From: Candidatus Woesearchaeota archaeon
GTDB lineage: Archaea > Nanobdellota > Nanobdellia > Pacearchaeales > GW2011-AR1
Direction: 5' to 3'
Assembly (NCBI GenBank): GCA_964503975.1
Contig: CAZDCI010000003.1
Coordinates: 1-49,913, forward strand
Length of the DNA stretch: 49,913 nt
Both the position numbers and the translations under genes were made by a program. A model generated the notes under the pieces. It worked only from the letters and a program-made list of their open reading frames with translations. It was not told where the DNA came from and did no database searches. Positions 1 through 10,900 of this stretch are shown piece by piece. How positions within the stretch are numbered: position 1 is the stretch's first letter; each line of letters opens with the position of its first letter.

Positions 1-84
1 TACATTGTTTTCAAGAGATATTTAAAACAGATTGAATATCAATTTTATCCTAAAAAGGTGAAGGAGATATTGGCTCCACCATAG
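1..84 (+). CDS. 3' end of an unidentified CDS entering from the left edge
   Basis: Frame 1 is open from base 1 to TAG at 82-84 (YIVFKRYLKQIEYQFYPKKVKEILAPP*). Confidence 0.35.
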   Translation, partial: YIVFKRYLKQIEYQFYPKKVKEILAPP

Positions 85-153
85 TTGTTTATAAGTGTCG
101 GAGATACTATAACAACCAACAAGCTTTAAAAACCTAATTTTCAACTAATTAGT

Positions 154-750
154 ATGGCACTTAAAATAAACATCCCGGATAAATCAGGAAAAACATTCAA
201 AGTAGAACTTGAAACCGAGTTTTTCAACGGGAAAAACTTAGGAAACAAAATATCCGGAAAAGAAATTCTCCCCGACTTGTCTGATTATGAATTTGAAATA
301 TCGGGAGCAAGCGACAAATCTGGTTTTACCGCAATGGAAGGCGTTCCAGGAATAGGATTGAAAAAAGCTCTTCTTAGTTATGGGAAAGGAATGCACAAAC
401 GTCAAAAGTTTGAAGGGAAAAAAAAGCGTTCAACTCAAAGGCCAAAAGGGTTAAGGTTAAAGAAAACAGTTAGGGGAGAAACCCTCTCTGAAGCTATAAC
501 TCAGATAAACCTCAGAGTTGTCAAAGAAGGTAAAAAACCTTTGACAGAAATCTTTGAATCTCAGGCAAAACAAAAGGAAGCTAAACCCGAAGAAAAAGAA
601 TCTGGAAAGGAAGAAGAAAAGTCAAGAGAAGAAGTTAAAGAAAAAACAAAAGCTGAAGAAAAGAAGGAAGAAGTTAAAAAAGCAGAATCAAAAGAAACCA
701 AAGAAGAAAAATCAGAAACTGAAAAAACCGAGAAAAAGAAAAAAGAGTAA
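154..750 (+). CDS. rps6e: 30S ribosomal protein S6e with a long Lys/Glu-rich C-terminal tail
   Basis: S6e motifs FEISGASDKSGF, KGLRLKKTVRG, ITQINL; TTTAAAAA box 21 nt before ATG. Confidence 0.93.
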   Translation: MALKINIPDKSGKTFKVELETEFFNGKNLGNKISGKEILPDLSDYEFEISGASDKSGFTAMEGVPGIGLKKALLSYGKGMHKRQKFEGKKKRSTQRPKGLRLKKTVRGETLSEAITQINLRVVKEGKKPLTEIFESQAKQKEAKPEEKESGKEEEKSREEVKEKTKAEEKKEEVKKAESKETKEEKSETEKTEKKKKE

Positions 751-757
751 ATCCAAA

Positions 758-1240
758 CTAGCTCCCTAATTTATCCACAAGCCTTTCAATAAACTCTTTT
801 TGCGCGGGATTTATTTTTTCCTTCGCTTTGCTAACGGGAAAAAACCCCGCCTTGTCTATCTCAGGTATCTTAATTTTCTTTCCCGAATCGTAAGGAAACT
901 CAATCTCAACCATATTTTGCTTCAAAAGCATTCCGGACCAATCTCCTTTAAACGCCCAGCAATAAACAATCTTCCCTGCTTTTTGCTTAATCTCTCCAAG
1001 AAAGATAAATTCTCCTTCGGGCGTAATCCCTATTTCCTCTTCAAACTCACGTTTGGCACAATCCAGCAAGTCTTCTCCTTCCTCAACTTCTCCTTTGGGG
1101 ATGCTCCACGCACCAATATCCTTTCCCTTCCAAAACGGACCGCCAGGATGAACAATAAAAACTTTTAGTTTTTTATCATCACCTTTTTTATACATTAACA
1201 ATCCTGAACTCACTTTTGGCATAGCATAATGAAAAGACAA
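758..1240 (-). CDS. NUDIX hydrolase (predicted NTP pyrophosphohydrolase)
   Basis: VHPGGPFW, WSIPKGE and Nudix box AKREFEEEIG; PEIDKA. Confidence 0.9.
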   Translation of the reverse strand: MSFHYAMPKVSSGLLMYKKGDDKKLKVFIVHPGGPFWKGKDIGAWSIPKGEVEEGEDLLDCAKREFEEEIGITPEGEFIFLGEIKQKAGKIVYCWAFKGDWSGMLLKQNMVEIEFPYDSGKKIKIPEIDKAGFFPVSKAKEKINPAQKEFIERLVDKLGS

Positions 1241-1271
1241 TACTTAAAAACTGTTTCTATTATTTTATTCT

Positions 1272-2495
1272 ATGGCTAAATCTGATAAAAACGAAAAAAG
1301 CAAAATACCTGAAATAAATATAGGAGTTGTGGGCCACATAGACCATGGAAAGACAACCTTGCTCAGTCGTTTGACCGGAAAGTTCACAGACACACACTCG
1401 GAAGAACTCAGACGTGGAATTACAATCAAGTTGGGTTACGCAGACATGACCATATACAAAGAAGGGGAAAATTACACCGCAAAACCCAAAGAAAAATCAA
1501 AAGCCAGACCTCTAAGGTATGTAAGTTTCATAGACGCTCCCGGACACGAGATGCTTATGGCAACCATGCTCTCAGGAGCCGCAACAATTGACGCTGCAAT
1601 ACTTGTTATCGCCGCAAATGAAGGAATCAAGCCTCAAACCCGGGAACATTTTATGGCTTTGCAGGCAAAAAACACAAAAAACATAATAGTCATTCAAAAC
1701 AAAATAGATCTTATTGATAAAAAACAAGCTTTGAAAAACTATAAAGAGATAAAAGATTTCTTAAAAGGCACAATAGCTGAAAACGCTCCAATCATTCCCG
1801 CATCAGCACAGCAAGGAGTTAACACAAATAAAATTTTGAAAGAAATAACAAAAATAAAACTTCCTGAAAAAAACACAAAAGACTCTCCTATCTTTTTAGT
1901 TGCGAGAAGTTTTGATGTTAATCGTCCGGGAACTTCAATCAAAAATCTTAAAGGCGGAGTTTTGGGAGGAATTCTGAAACAAGGAAAACTTAAAGTTGGG
2001 GATGAGATTGAAATCAAACCCGGAATCATGGTTGAAAGGGCGCACAAAAAAGAATACCAAACCGTATATGCAAAGATACTCTCCTTACATAAAGGAGATA
2101 AAAACGTAAAAGAGGTTAAGCCAGGAGCAAGCATTTCTATTGAAACCTCTTTAGATCCAAGTTTAGCAAAAACAGATTCATTGAGCGGCTCACTTGTGTC
2201 TTTGAAAGGAAACCTTCCTGAAATAACTTACAAAATAAAACTGAAAGCAAAACTTTTCAAAGAAATTTTTGGAACAGGAAAAAATCAGAAAGTAGAGCCT
2301 TTAAAAACAAAAGAGATGATGATGGTAAACATAAACACAACAATAAGCGTCGGAACTGTGGAAAAAATAGACGGGGATGAAATTGAGCTCGCTTTAAACA
2401 TTCCTGTAGTGGCTCTTAAAGGGGAGAATGTGGGAATTGCAAGAAACATTGAAAAACACTGGCGCCTCATCGGATGGGGAGAAATAATAGAATAG
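1272..2495 (+). CDS. eif2g: Translation initiation factor aIF2 gamma subunit
   Basis: GHIDHGKTT, RGITIKLGY, DAPGHE, QNKID, C-terminal WRLIGWG. Confidence 0.96.
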   Translation: MAKSDKNEKSKIPEINIGVVGHIDHGKTTLLSRLTGKFTDTHSEELRRGITIKLGYADMTIYKEGENYTAKPKEKSKARPLRYVSFIDAPGHEMLMATMLSGAATIDAAILVIAANEGIKPQTREHFMALQAKNTKNIIVIQNKIDLIDKKQALKNYKEIKDFLKGTIAENAPIIPASAQQGVNTNKILKEITKIKLPEKNTKDSPIFLVARSFDVNRPGTSIKNLKGGVLGGILKQGKLKVGDEIEIKPGIMVERAHKKEYQTVYAKILSLHKGDKNVKEVKPGASISIETSLDPSLAKTDSLSGSLVSLKGNLPEITYKIKLKAKLFKEIFGTGKNQKVEPLKTKEMMMVNINTTISVGTVEKIDGDEIELALNIPVVALKGENVGIARNIEKHWRLIGWGEIIE

Positions 2496-2544
2496 CGCGC
2501 GAGCAAGGTTTAAAAAGTAAAAACAATATATATCTTAAAGAAAA

Positions 2545-3648
2545 ATGAAAAAAGAAACGTTTGCTTTGCTTACAATACTTTTAATGTTTGTGATTGTATT
2601 CAGTACTCCTTTGGTTCTTGCTAACGGAGACGACAACTCGGGAAGCAACGATTCGGACAAAGAAGATGGCGCGAGAGAAGGGATAATTAATGCAATTGTT
2701 TCTGGCGATGAAAATGATGATGAAGCAAATGATGACGATGATGAAAAAGAAGATGAAATTGAAATAGAGATAGAAACCAAAGACGGCAGGCAAAAGATAA
2801 AAGTTAAATCTAAAGGAGTTAATGCCTCACAAATCAGAGAGGCTTTACAAGAAAGAAATCGTTTAAGAGTTTATGCAAATGGAACCGAATTGCCCGAAAA
2901 CTGCACTCAGACAGGCTCGGCAATAAAATGTCAGGTGCAGGAAAAATTAAGAACAAGAGCTGAAATAAGAAATGAAGGCGTTGAAATTTCTAACGAGTTG
3001 AGAAACAAAGTAAATCAGTTAAAAGAAAGTTTTGAAAATCTTACAATAGAATTTGAAGTGGAAATAAAAGCGGAAGTGGAGGATGGAGAGGTTGAATTGG
3101 AATCAGAAACGGAAGGCACTTTAACAAGCGAGCAACAAACTCTTGTTGAAGAGATTGAAGCTGAAATTTTATCGTTACTTTCTGGCATCAGTGAAGAGGC
3201 TGAAATTGAAGTTAAAGTCAGACATCAGTATGAAAGAGAAAGAGTAATGACAATAATGGCAGGACAATCTGGAAACACTATAATACAGTCAAAAGGAATA
3301 AATGCTTCCACTCAAGTCCAACTCTACCACCACAACGGAGAGGTTTACGGGCTTTTAAGTGGAAACGAAACTCGTCTTATTGAGTTTCTTCCTGACGAAG
3401 TTCGTGAGAGGGTGAGGGAAAGAATTCACGCTAAGATTGAAGGAAACGAAACGATGGAATTAGGTGAAGAAGGAGAATATGAGATCAGGGTAAGAAAAGA
3501 AGCTCGCTTTTTAGGATTATTTAAAGTGAGAGAAAAACTTGAATTGCATGTTGATTCTGAAACCGGAGAAATTCTAAAAGAAAGAGCTCCTTGGTGGGGT
3601 TTCTTGGCTAATGATGTTGAAGCCGAATCTGTGAATGAAACTGAATAG
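2545..3648 (+). CDS. Secreted acidic hypothetical protein
   Basis: N-terminal signal peptide, D/E-rich tract, C-terminal PWWGFL. Confidence 0.75.
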   Translation: MKKETFALLTILLMFVIVFSTPLVLANGDDNSGSNDSDKEDGAREGIINAIVSGDENDDEANDDDDEKEDEIEIEIETKDGRQKIKVKSKGVNASQIREALQERNRLRVYANGTELPENCTQTGSAIKCQVQEKLRTRAEIRNEGVEISNELRNKVNQLKESFENLTIEFEVEIKAEVEDGEVELESETEGTLTSEQQTLVEEIEAEILSLLSGISEEAEIEVKVRHQYERERVMTIMAGQSGNTIIQSKGINASTQVQLYHHNGEVYGLLSGNETRLIEFLPDEVRERVRERIHAKIEGNETMELGEEGEYEIRVRKEARFLGLFKVREKLELHVDSETGEILKERAPWWGFLANDVEAESVNETE

Positions 3649-3707
3649 AACTCTGAAACTCACCACTCCTGATAAAAACTTATAAACTTGTTTTATTTTC
3701 GTGTTAA

Positions 3708-5270
3708 ATGGATATTAAGGAAGAGTTGGCTAAAATAAAATTCTTTGATATTAAGCCAAATCTTGAAAATCTTAAAGATAATGAAAAGCAGGCGCTAACG
3801 CTCTGTATTGAAGCTTCAAAAATTCTTGACAGGCTTTTTTTGAAACAAGTTTGTGGGGATAAGTTAGATCATTACTTAAAGACAATAAATAATTCTTCTG
3901 ATAAAGAATTTATTAAAAAATTCTTTAAGATTAACGGAGGTCCTTGGAGTAGATTTCATGACGACAAGCCCTTTATTAAAGGTGTTGGGACAAAACCAAA
4001 AGGAGTTTCATTTTATCCAGAAGATCTGACTCTCGAAAAGTTTGACCAGTGGCTAAAAGAACACCCAGAAGACAAAAAAGCTTTTGAAAGCACTACCACC
4101 GTCATAAGAAGAAATAAAGAAGGTAATGGTTTAATTGCAATTCCTTATAGTGAGCTTTTTAAAGAAGATTTGAAAAAAGTCAGCAAACTTATTTCACAGG
4201 CTTCAGATCTGTTAAAGAAAGGACCCTTGCACACCTATCTAAAATCCTTATCAAAATCACTTTTAACAAACACCTATAAAGATACAGATATTGCTTGGGT
4301 AAAAACAGATGGTTCTCCTTTTGAAATGGTCTTAGGGCCGATAGAAGCTTACGAAGACAAGTTTAAGGGATTTAAAGCTACGTTCGAATCATTTATAGGA
4401 ATTCCGAATAAGGAAACAACCGAATATCTTGAAACTTTTAAAGAGCATGTTCACGAGCTTGAAGAAGAGCTTGCCAACCAGATTGGATATGAACCTAAAA
4501 AAACAGAAATTCCAATGACTGTGTTTCAAGATGTTTTCCGTTCAGGTGAAGCTGCGGTTGGAAGACAATTTGTTGCAGCTAATTTGCCAAACGACAGACA
4601 AATTCATGAGAAATATGGTTCAAAAAAAGTTTTTTCAGAAACAATGATGAAAGCTAAATCAGATTATCTGGGCAGTAAGGTTGCAGAAAAGCTTTTGCCA
4701 GAAGAAGATTCAAAACTTGTTGATTTCAATGCAAGGCTCTTGTTTGTCCTTGCTCATGAAATATCCCATGGTATAGGTCCGGGAATTGTTGAAAAACAAG
4801 GAGAAAAAATTGTAATAGAAAAGCTGTTGGGAAATTACCATTCTTCTCTTGAAGAATGTAAAGCAGATTGCCTTGGGATGATTTTTATTAATTTCCTTAT
4901 CAAAAAAGAAATCCTTTCCGAGGATATAATGAAACCAATAATCTTGAGTGAAATAATGGCGCATTTTTCAGGGTGGCGCAGCGATTTTACAGGGGCCCAC
5001 AATCTTGCTGGCTTATTGGAATATGACTACCTAAAAAAGAATAATGCTGTTGTTTGTGATATGGTTAATGGAAAAATATCAATCGATATAGAAAAAGCTT
5101 ATCTTGCTTTTGAAATGCTTGCATATGATATAATGAAAATACAAAGACAAGGTAATTATGAGGAAGCAAAAAAGTTCATTGAAAATCACAACAAGCCGCA
5201 TGAAGAAATAAAAATCTTGCTTAAAAAATTAAAGGATATCCCTCTGGAAGTTTATCCTGTTTTTGAATGA
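3708..5270 (+). CDS. Peptidase family M49 (dipeptidyl-peptidase III-like) zinc hydrolase
   Basis: INGGPW, GPIEAYED, AANLPND, HEISHG and LEECKAD zinc ligands. Confidence 0.85.
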   Translation: MDIKEELAKIKFFDIKPNLENLKDNEKQALTLCIEASKILDRLFLKQVCGDKLDHYLKTINNSSDKEFIKKFFKINGGPWSRFHDDKPFIKGVGTKPKGVSFYPEDLTLEKFDQWLKEHPEDKKAFESTTTVIRRNKEGNGLIAIPYSELFKEDLKKVSKLISQASDLLKKGPLHTYLKSLSKSLLTNTYKDTDIAWVKTDGSPFEMVLGPIEAYEDKFKGFKATFESFIGIPNKETTEYLETFKEHVHELEEELANQIGYEPKKTEIPMTVFQDVFRSGEAAVGRQFVAANLPNDRQIHEKYGSKKVFSETMMKAKSDYLGSKVAEKLLPEEDSKLVDFNARLLFVLAHEISHGIGPGIVEKQGEKIVIEKLLGNYHSSLEECKADCLGMIFINFLIKKEILSEDIMKPIILSEIMAHFSGWRSDFTGAHNLAGLLEYDYLKKNNAVVCDMVNGKISIDIEKAYLAFEMLAYDIMKIQRQGNYEEAKKFIENHNKPHEEIKILLKKLKDIPLEVYPVFE

Positions 5271-5386
5271 TTTAATACATGAAAAATCCAAGACATTACC
5301 AATCTCTATTAACTTATTCTTTAGAAGAACTCCGGATAAACCACTCTCCTAATAAATTATATAAACGAAGGCTTTCTTGAAATTTT

Positions 5387-6190
5387 ATGAAATTTTACTC
5401 TCACTCTAAGCTTTCTACTTTTGAGAAATGCAAACTTAAATACAAATTCAGATACATAGACAAAATCATTCCTGATGTTGAAAAAAGCATTGAAGCTCAC
5501 TTAGGAAGCAGCGTTCATAGTGCTCTGGAATGGCTTTATAAACAAGTTACAAACAAAGAACCTGGTGGCTCAAATAAGGTTCCTGAACTTGACGAGCTAA
5601 TATCTTATTACTCTGAAAAATGGAAAGAAACATTTTCTCCTGAAATGATTATTGTAAAACCGGGATTGAAACATGGAGATTACTTCAATAAAGGAATCCA
5701 TTTCTTGATAGATTATTATCTTGAAAACCGGCCTTTCAATGACAACACTATAGATATTGAAAAAAAGATACTTATTGATTTAGATGAAAACACAAAACTA
5801 ATAGGTTTCATTGACCGTCTTGTTCATGATATTGAAAACGATTCTCTTGAAATACATGACTATAAGACAGGCGAAAGCCAGCCCCTTCATGATCACGGAG
5901 AAAAAGACAGGCAACTGGCATTATATTCAATAGCAATAAAAGAAAACTTTGGTGAAGAAAAAGATGTTAAACTAGTATGGCATTTTCTCGCGCACAAAAA
6001 AAAACTCGTATCTAAAAGAACAAACGGGCAGCTTGAAAACTTAAAACGCGAAACTCTTGAGTTGATTCGCGAAGTTGAAAACACTAAAGCATTCCCTCCG
6101 ACAAAATCACGACTTTGTGATTGGTGTGAATACAAAAGCATTTGCCCCGCGTGGGGAAATTCACCTAAGGGTGCTGAAAGAAAAAATTAA
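5387..6190 (+). CDS. PD-(D/E)XK nuclease, RecB/Cas4-like
   Basis: YSHSKL..C, GFIDRL, DYKTG, QLALY, C-terminal CDWCEYKSIC. Confidence 0.9.
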   Translation: MKFYSHSKLSTFEKCKLKYKFRYIDKIIPDVEKSIEAHLGSSVHSALEWLYKQVTNKEPGGSNKVPELDELISYYSEKWKETFSPEMIIVKPGLKHGDYFNKGIHFLIDYYLENRPFNDNTIDIEKKILIDLDENTKLIGFIDRLVHDIENDSLEIHDYKTGESQPLHDHGEKDRQLALYSIAIKENFGEEKDVKLVWHFLAHKKKLVSKRTNGQLENLKRETLELIREVENTKAFPPTKSRLCDWCEYKSICPAWGNSPKGAERKN

Positions 6191-6801
6191 GGCAAAAAAT
6201 AAGGAGAATTTTTTTCTTTTTCTTTAACTAACCTTTCTATATTTACTCTCAAATTCCTGTACGCTAAAGCACGAGTGTTTTCACCTGGCCCAACATTATC
6301 AGCAGCTTCATGAGGAAATATATATCTTCCATCGGACTGTCCATCCATACATATGTCAAAGAAAAAATATTTTGGCTCCTCCATACCCACTTCTCTCCCT
6401 TCAAATATAATTATATCTCCCCTGTCAATATCGCCATTAGCCCCTCTTATTTTTCCTTCAAAATTCACGCTCCCATCAATATAATTAATAATAAACGCCT
6501 CGCTTCCGTCGAACAAAACAGTTTCATATACATTTGCAAGAGAGTTAGGATCTTGAGAAAAAATATCCGTAGTTGACGTACGGGTTGAATTTTCCTTGGT
6601 ATACTTTGCTATATTTGTCAGAATCCGGTTTGGTTCGTCGCCTCCGTTAAACATTCTCTCATACTCATTCAACGCCCGATCGGGAGCAATTGTCTGGGCT
6701 TCAACACTTGAAGCTGCCAAAGGAGAGAACAACAATCCTCCTGCTAAAGCGCCCGCTCTCAAAACCTTACTTAATGTTGAAACTTTCTTTCCGCGTGCCA
6801 T
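6187..6801 (-). CDS. Secreted hypothetical protein, paralog 1 of 3
   Basis: Start re-placed at ATG 6801 (MARGKK) after its own TATA box; signal peptide; NGD..RGD and D.CMDG motifs. Confidence 0.7.
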   Translation of the reverse strand: MARGKKVSTLSKVLRAGALAGGLLFSPLAASSVEAQTIAPDRALNEYERMFNGGDEPNRILTNIAKYTKENSTRTSTTDIFSQDPNSLANVYETVLFDGSEAFIINYIDGSVNFEGKIRGANGDIDRGDIIIFEGREVGMEEPKYFFFDICMDGQSDGRYIFPHEAADNVGPGENTRALAYRNLRVNIERLVKEKEKNSPYFLP

Positions 6802-6848
6802 AAAAAAGCTATTTGGAGGTGTTTTATAAAACTTATGGATTAAGAGAT

Positions 6849-7325
6849 TCAATTTACTCCCAGAAAATCCAACAAAGCCCTTACAATCCCCAGATACTCT
6901 CTGTCTCTGAATCTTTTGTCTGAAGAGCAATTCCCAAAGTCCACTTTTCCGTCTAAATCTTTATCTATCATCATACAGCTTTCAGGAGTGAAAGGATTTA
7001 TTGAAATTTTGAACTCATCTCCTCTTCCTACGATACCATCGCTATTTGCATCATAACCGTCTACATCAAAGCCTCTATCTGTAAAAGTGAGAAGGTATTG
7101 TTCTCTTTCTGTTGGAACCAGCTTCCGGTAAACCATAGATGTCCCATATGTTTCCGAATCAAATTCAAATAAATCATCTGCAAACTTCATCACATATCCG
7201 GCAAGATCTCTTACATCATTATTAACTTTAAAATAAAGATTTTGTCCTGATAGGCTTCCAGAAAAAACAAACCCTATTGCAAGAGCAGATAAACCTGATA
7301 ACGCCAGACCCTTAAGTTTCTTCAT
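6849..7325 (-). CDS. Secreted hypothetical protein, paralog 2 of 3
   Basis: Signal peptide; DG.VGRGD and DKDLDG motifs. Confidence 0.7.
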   Translation of the reverse strand: MKKLKGLALSGLSALAIGFVFSGSLSGQNLYFKVNNDVRDLAGYVMKFADDLFEFDSETYGTSMVYRKLVPTEREQYLLTFTDRGFDVDGYDANSDGIVGRGDEFKISINPFTPESCMMIDKDLDGKVDFGNCSSDKRFRDREYLGIVRALLDFLGVN

Positions 7326-7407
7326 TTTAAAATAAACCTAAAAAGTATTTTATAAACTTTATGAAGCCGCGAAATCAAACCTTACAAATCATGCAGATAA
7401 ATACAAA

Positions 7408-7854
7408 TCATACAGATGAAGTTAATCCTAAAATTAAACGAAGAATCTCTTCATATTCTCTCTGATCTTCCGCAGGATTGTTAGAATAATTCACATTTCC
7501 ATCTAAACCTATATCTCTTAAAGTTTTTTCAATGCCCTCAGGTCCATAAACGTCTATAACCAAATTGTCTTCAGGGCTAATTCCGTTGGGTTCTGCCATA
7601 TAAATTCCGCTCGATAAACCCATATCACGATAATTCAGGCCATATCTTTTCTCTCCTTTTTCAAAAACCATCGTGTAAGTGATTGAATGTCCTGAATTTG
7701 GGTTTACGGAATGTGTCGGATCTCCTTGAACAAGAAGTATTTCAGCAACACGTCTTACATCCGCATCAACTTCCTGTCCGTACAACACACCAGGAGATAA
7801 CAAACCCAAAACGAGCGCGCCAGAACTAACCAAATTTCTTAATTTATTGCCCAT
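7408..7854 (-). CDS. Secreted hypothetical protein, paralog 3 of 3
   Basis: Signal peptide; PNGISPED and DIGLDG motifs. Confidence 0.7.
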   Translation of the reverse strand: MGNKLRNLVSSGALVLGLLSPGVLYGQEVDADVRRVAEILLVQGDPTHSVNPNSGHSITYTMVFEKGEKRYGLNYRDMGLSSGIYMAEPNGISPEDNLVIDVYGPEGIEKTLRDIGLDGNVNYSNNPAEDQREYEEILRLILGLTSSV

Positions 7855-7900
7855 AAAAAACGTACTAAAAAAGATTTTATAAATATTTATATAATAACAT

Positions 7901-10900
7901 TCATCCGTTGCCGTTCTCAGCTTCAGGAACCTTAACCAAATCAGTAACTTTATCCCCGGGCTGAAGCTTTACTATTTTTACGCCACGAGTTGCACGGCCC
8001 ATCACACGAATGTTTTTCAGGGTGGTGCGAATAACCATACCTTTTGAGGTTGTTATGATTATACTATCATCATCGCTTACAGAGCCCGTAGTCACTAAAT
8101 TTCCTGTTTTGTTAGAAACTTTAAGGTTTATTACTCCCTTGCCTCCGCGTGAAATTTTTCTGTAATTCTTTACAAAGGTTCTTTTCCCGTAACCTTTCTC
8201 AGTTATTGACAATATGGCTTTTTCTTTCAAAACATCCAAACTGACGACTTCATCATCTTTTCCCAGCTTAATTCCAATAACCCCGTAAGACGAACGTCCC
8301 ATATCTCTGACTTCATTTGATGAAAATCTTATTGCTTGTCCTTTTTTTGTTGCAAGGAAAACTTCATCTCCATTATCCAAAACCTGCACATCTATGAGCT
8401 TGTCCATTTCCTTCCCGGCACTCACAGGTAACTTGATGGCTTTAATTCCTCCTTTACGGGGACGTGAAAACTTGCTTAAAGAAATGCGCTTGACCTGTCC
8501 TTTTTTTGTAACCATAAATAAAAATCCTTCAAACTTACCTACCGAAATGACACTCGTTATCTTTTCATTTTTTAAATTCAAGACATTAACTATTGCTTTT
8601 CCTTTGCTGTATCTTTTAACCTCGGGAATGTCATACGCTTTTAACCATAAAACCCTGCCACGTGAAGTAAAAAACATAAGGTAATCATGAGTTGAACACG
8701 TGATTAGTTGTTTGACAAAATCTCCTGTTGCAAGGTTGCTTCCTATGACTCCTTTTCCTCCCCTTCGCTGTTCTTTGTATGTATTCAAATCTATACGTTT
8801 GCAATATCCTTTTTCGGTGATGGTAATAACTACATCTTTTTTCTGAACCATATCTTTCTCAGAAATATTTTTTATCTTATCCAGCACTTCAGTTTTTCTT
8901 TCATCCCCATATTTTTTCCTGAGTTCTTTAACTTCTTTGACAATTATTTTCAAAACTTCTTTCACACTGCCAAGAATCTTTTCATACTCTGAAATGGAAG
9001 ATTTAAGTTCTTTTTCTTCTTTTTTCAGTTTATTTTGCTCAAGAGAAGTAAGCTGCTGTAAACGGGTTTCCAGAACAGCTTTTGCCTGCCTTTTAGAAAG
9101 CTTGAACTTTTTAATAAGACCCCCCTCTGCTTCTGAAGTACTTTTAGATTTTTTAATGTAATCTATTACCTTGTCTATGTTTTTCAAGGCTATCAAAAGC
9201 CCTTCGACAATTTCAAGTCTGTCCTTAGATTTTTTAAGCTCGTACTCAGTCCGTTTAGTGATTATCTTTTTACGATACTTTACATATTCTGAGACTATGT
9301 CTTTCAAATTGAGAACCTTTGGCTCTCCTCCGACCAAAGCAAGCATCTTAACGTTAAAATAATCCTGCAAACGCGTATACTTGTAAAGTGAATTTATTAC
9401 AAACTTAGGATTGGTTCCTTTTTTCAATTCAAGAACTATTCTTATCTTTCCCTTTGAGCTTTCGTCTCTCAGATCTGTAATGTTTTTTATCTTCTTATTC
9501 TGAACAATTTTAGCTATCTGCTCTATCAAAGTTGTTTTGTTTAGCATATAAGGAATTTCAGTAATTACAACCGCATCTTTTTTCTTAACTTTCTCTGCCT
9601 TTGCCTTACCCCTCATTGTTAATCTCCCTCTGCCAGTTTCGTAAAGCCGTCGCATATCTCCAGTCACGTAACCTCCTGTAGGAAAATCCGGACCCTTGAC
9701 AATCTTGTTCAGTTGCTTCACTGTTACGTCCTGATTGTCTATGTAAGCCATAATTGCATCGCACACCTCGTTCAGATTATGGGGAGGAATATTTGTGCTC
9801 ATTCCTACCGCAATTCCTGTAGCTCCGTTAAGTATCAAGGCCGGAAGCTTTCCTGGCAACAGGTCAGGTTCTTTGAGAGAGTTGTCAAAATTAGAAGAGA
9901 AAGGGACTGTTTCCTTATCAATGTCTTCCATTATCTCCGAAGATATCGGCATCAGCCTCGCTTCTGTATATCTCATAGCAGCCTGAGGATCTCCGTCGAT
10001 TGAATTGTGGACAAAAATACCTGATGCCAAAGCAAAATTGTGTGTTTTATCAATAGTAAGATCATAAACATCTTCAGACTCATCTAAAAACTCTTTTTTT
10101 ATAACCTTATGGTTAGAGTTAATTTCTAACAAGACCAAGTTTTTGTCGCCCTTGAAATATTTTTCGACTCCTAAATCCCATGAAGTAAAACTTTTTATTC
10201 TAAAAACATCTCTCCTGATCTTTTCATAATTTTCTTTATTTAAATCAAATTTATTATCTATTAAATACCTACATATTCTAATAAATTTCTTTCTTCCTGT
10301 TAAATTAGTTCTTCTTCTTTTATTAGATGCAACTATTTTTTTATTGAAAAGTTTCTTATAATGCGGATCCTTCCACATCCTTCTCATGGTAATTGAAGCT
10401 CTAACCCTTCTTTTTTCAATTACACCAGGGTTATTTTTAAGGTATTCTTTATTTACTTCACTTAAGAATTTTTTCATTTTCTTTCTGTATGAAGATTTCT
10501 TCCAATTTTTCAGATTCCTTTCACACATCCTTTTAGAATAATTTTTCTTGTTTTGGGGATTGGCCCAAAATTTTTTTCTTCCCTCATCAAGTTTTCTTCT
10601 ATATTCCTTATCTGTTTTATGTCTTTTAGAAGCAAATTCATTATGTGTTCTCCAATGTTCCTTCCACTTCATCCTTTGGATATTATCTGGATTATTATTA
10701 AGTTTATTAAAATCTATATGATGTCTTATTCTTCCCGCCCGTTTTGGGTAAACATCCTTCCCTAAATTCCATTCATCTGATAAGACGTGCACAAAATCCC
10801 ATGAATTTGTTTTTGGTTGAAAAACCATATTATATCCAACTAACTTAGGATTTGAGTTATCTTTTTCAGTAGAAATTTTTGAATAAAGAGGCATTAACGA

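Noticed and set aside
554-769. Lys-rich 71-aa ORF
   Set aside because: Alternative frame of the low-complexity S6e tail.
5387-6190. Cas4 as evidence of a CRISPR-Cas system
   Set aside because: Solo RecB-like PD-(D/E)XK nuclease with no other cas genes or array nearby.
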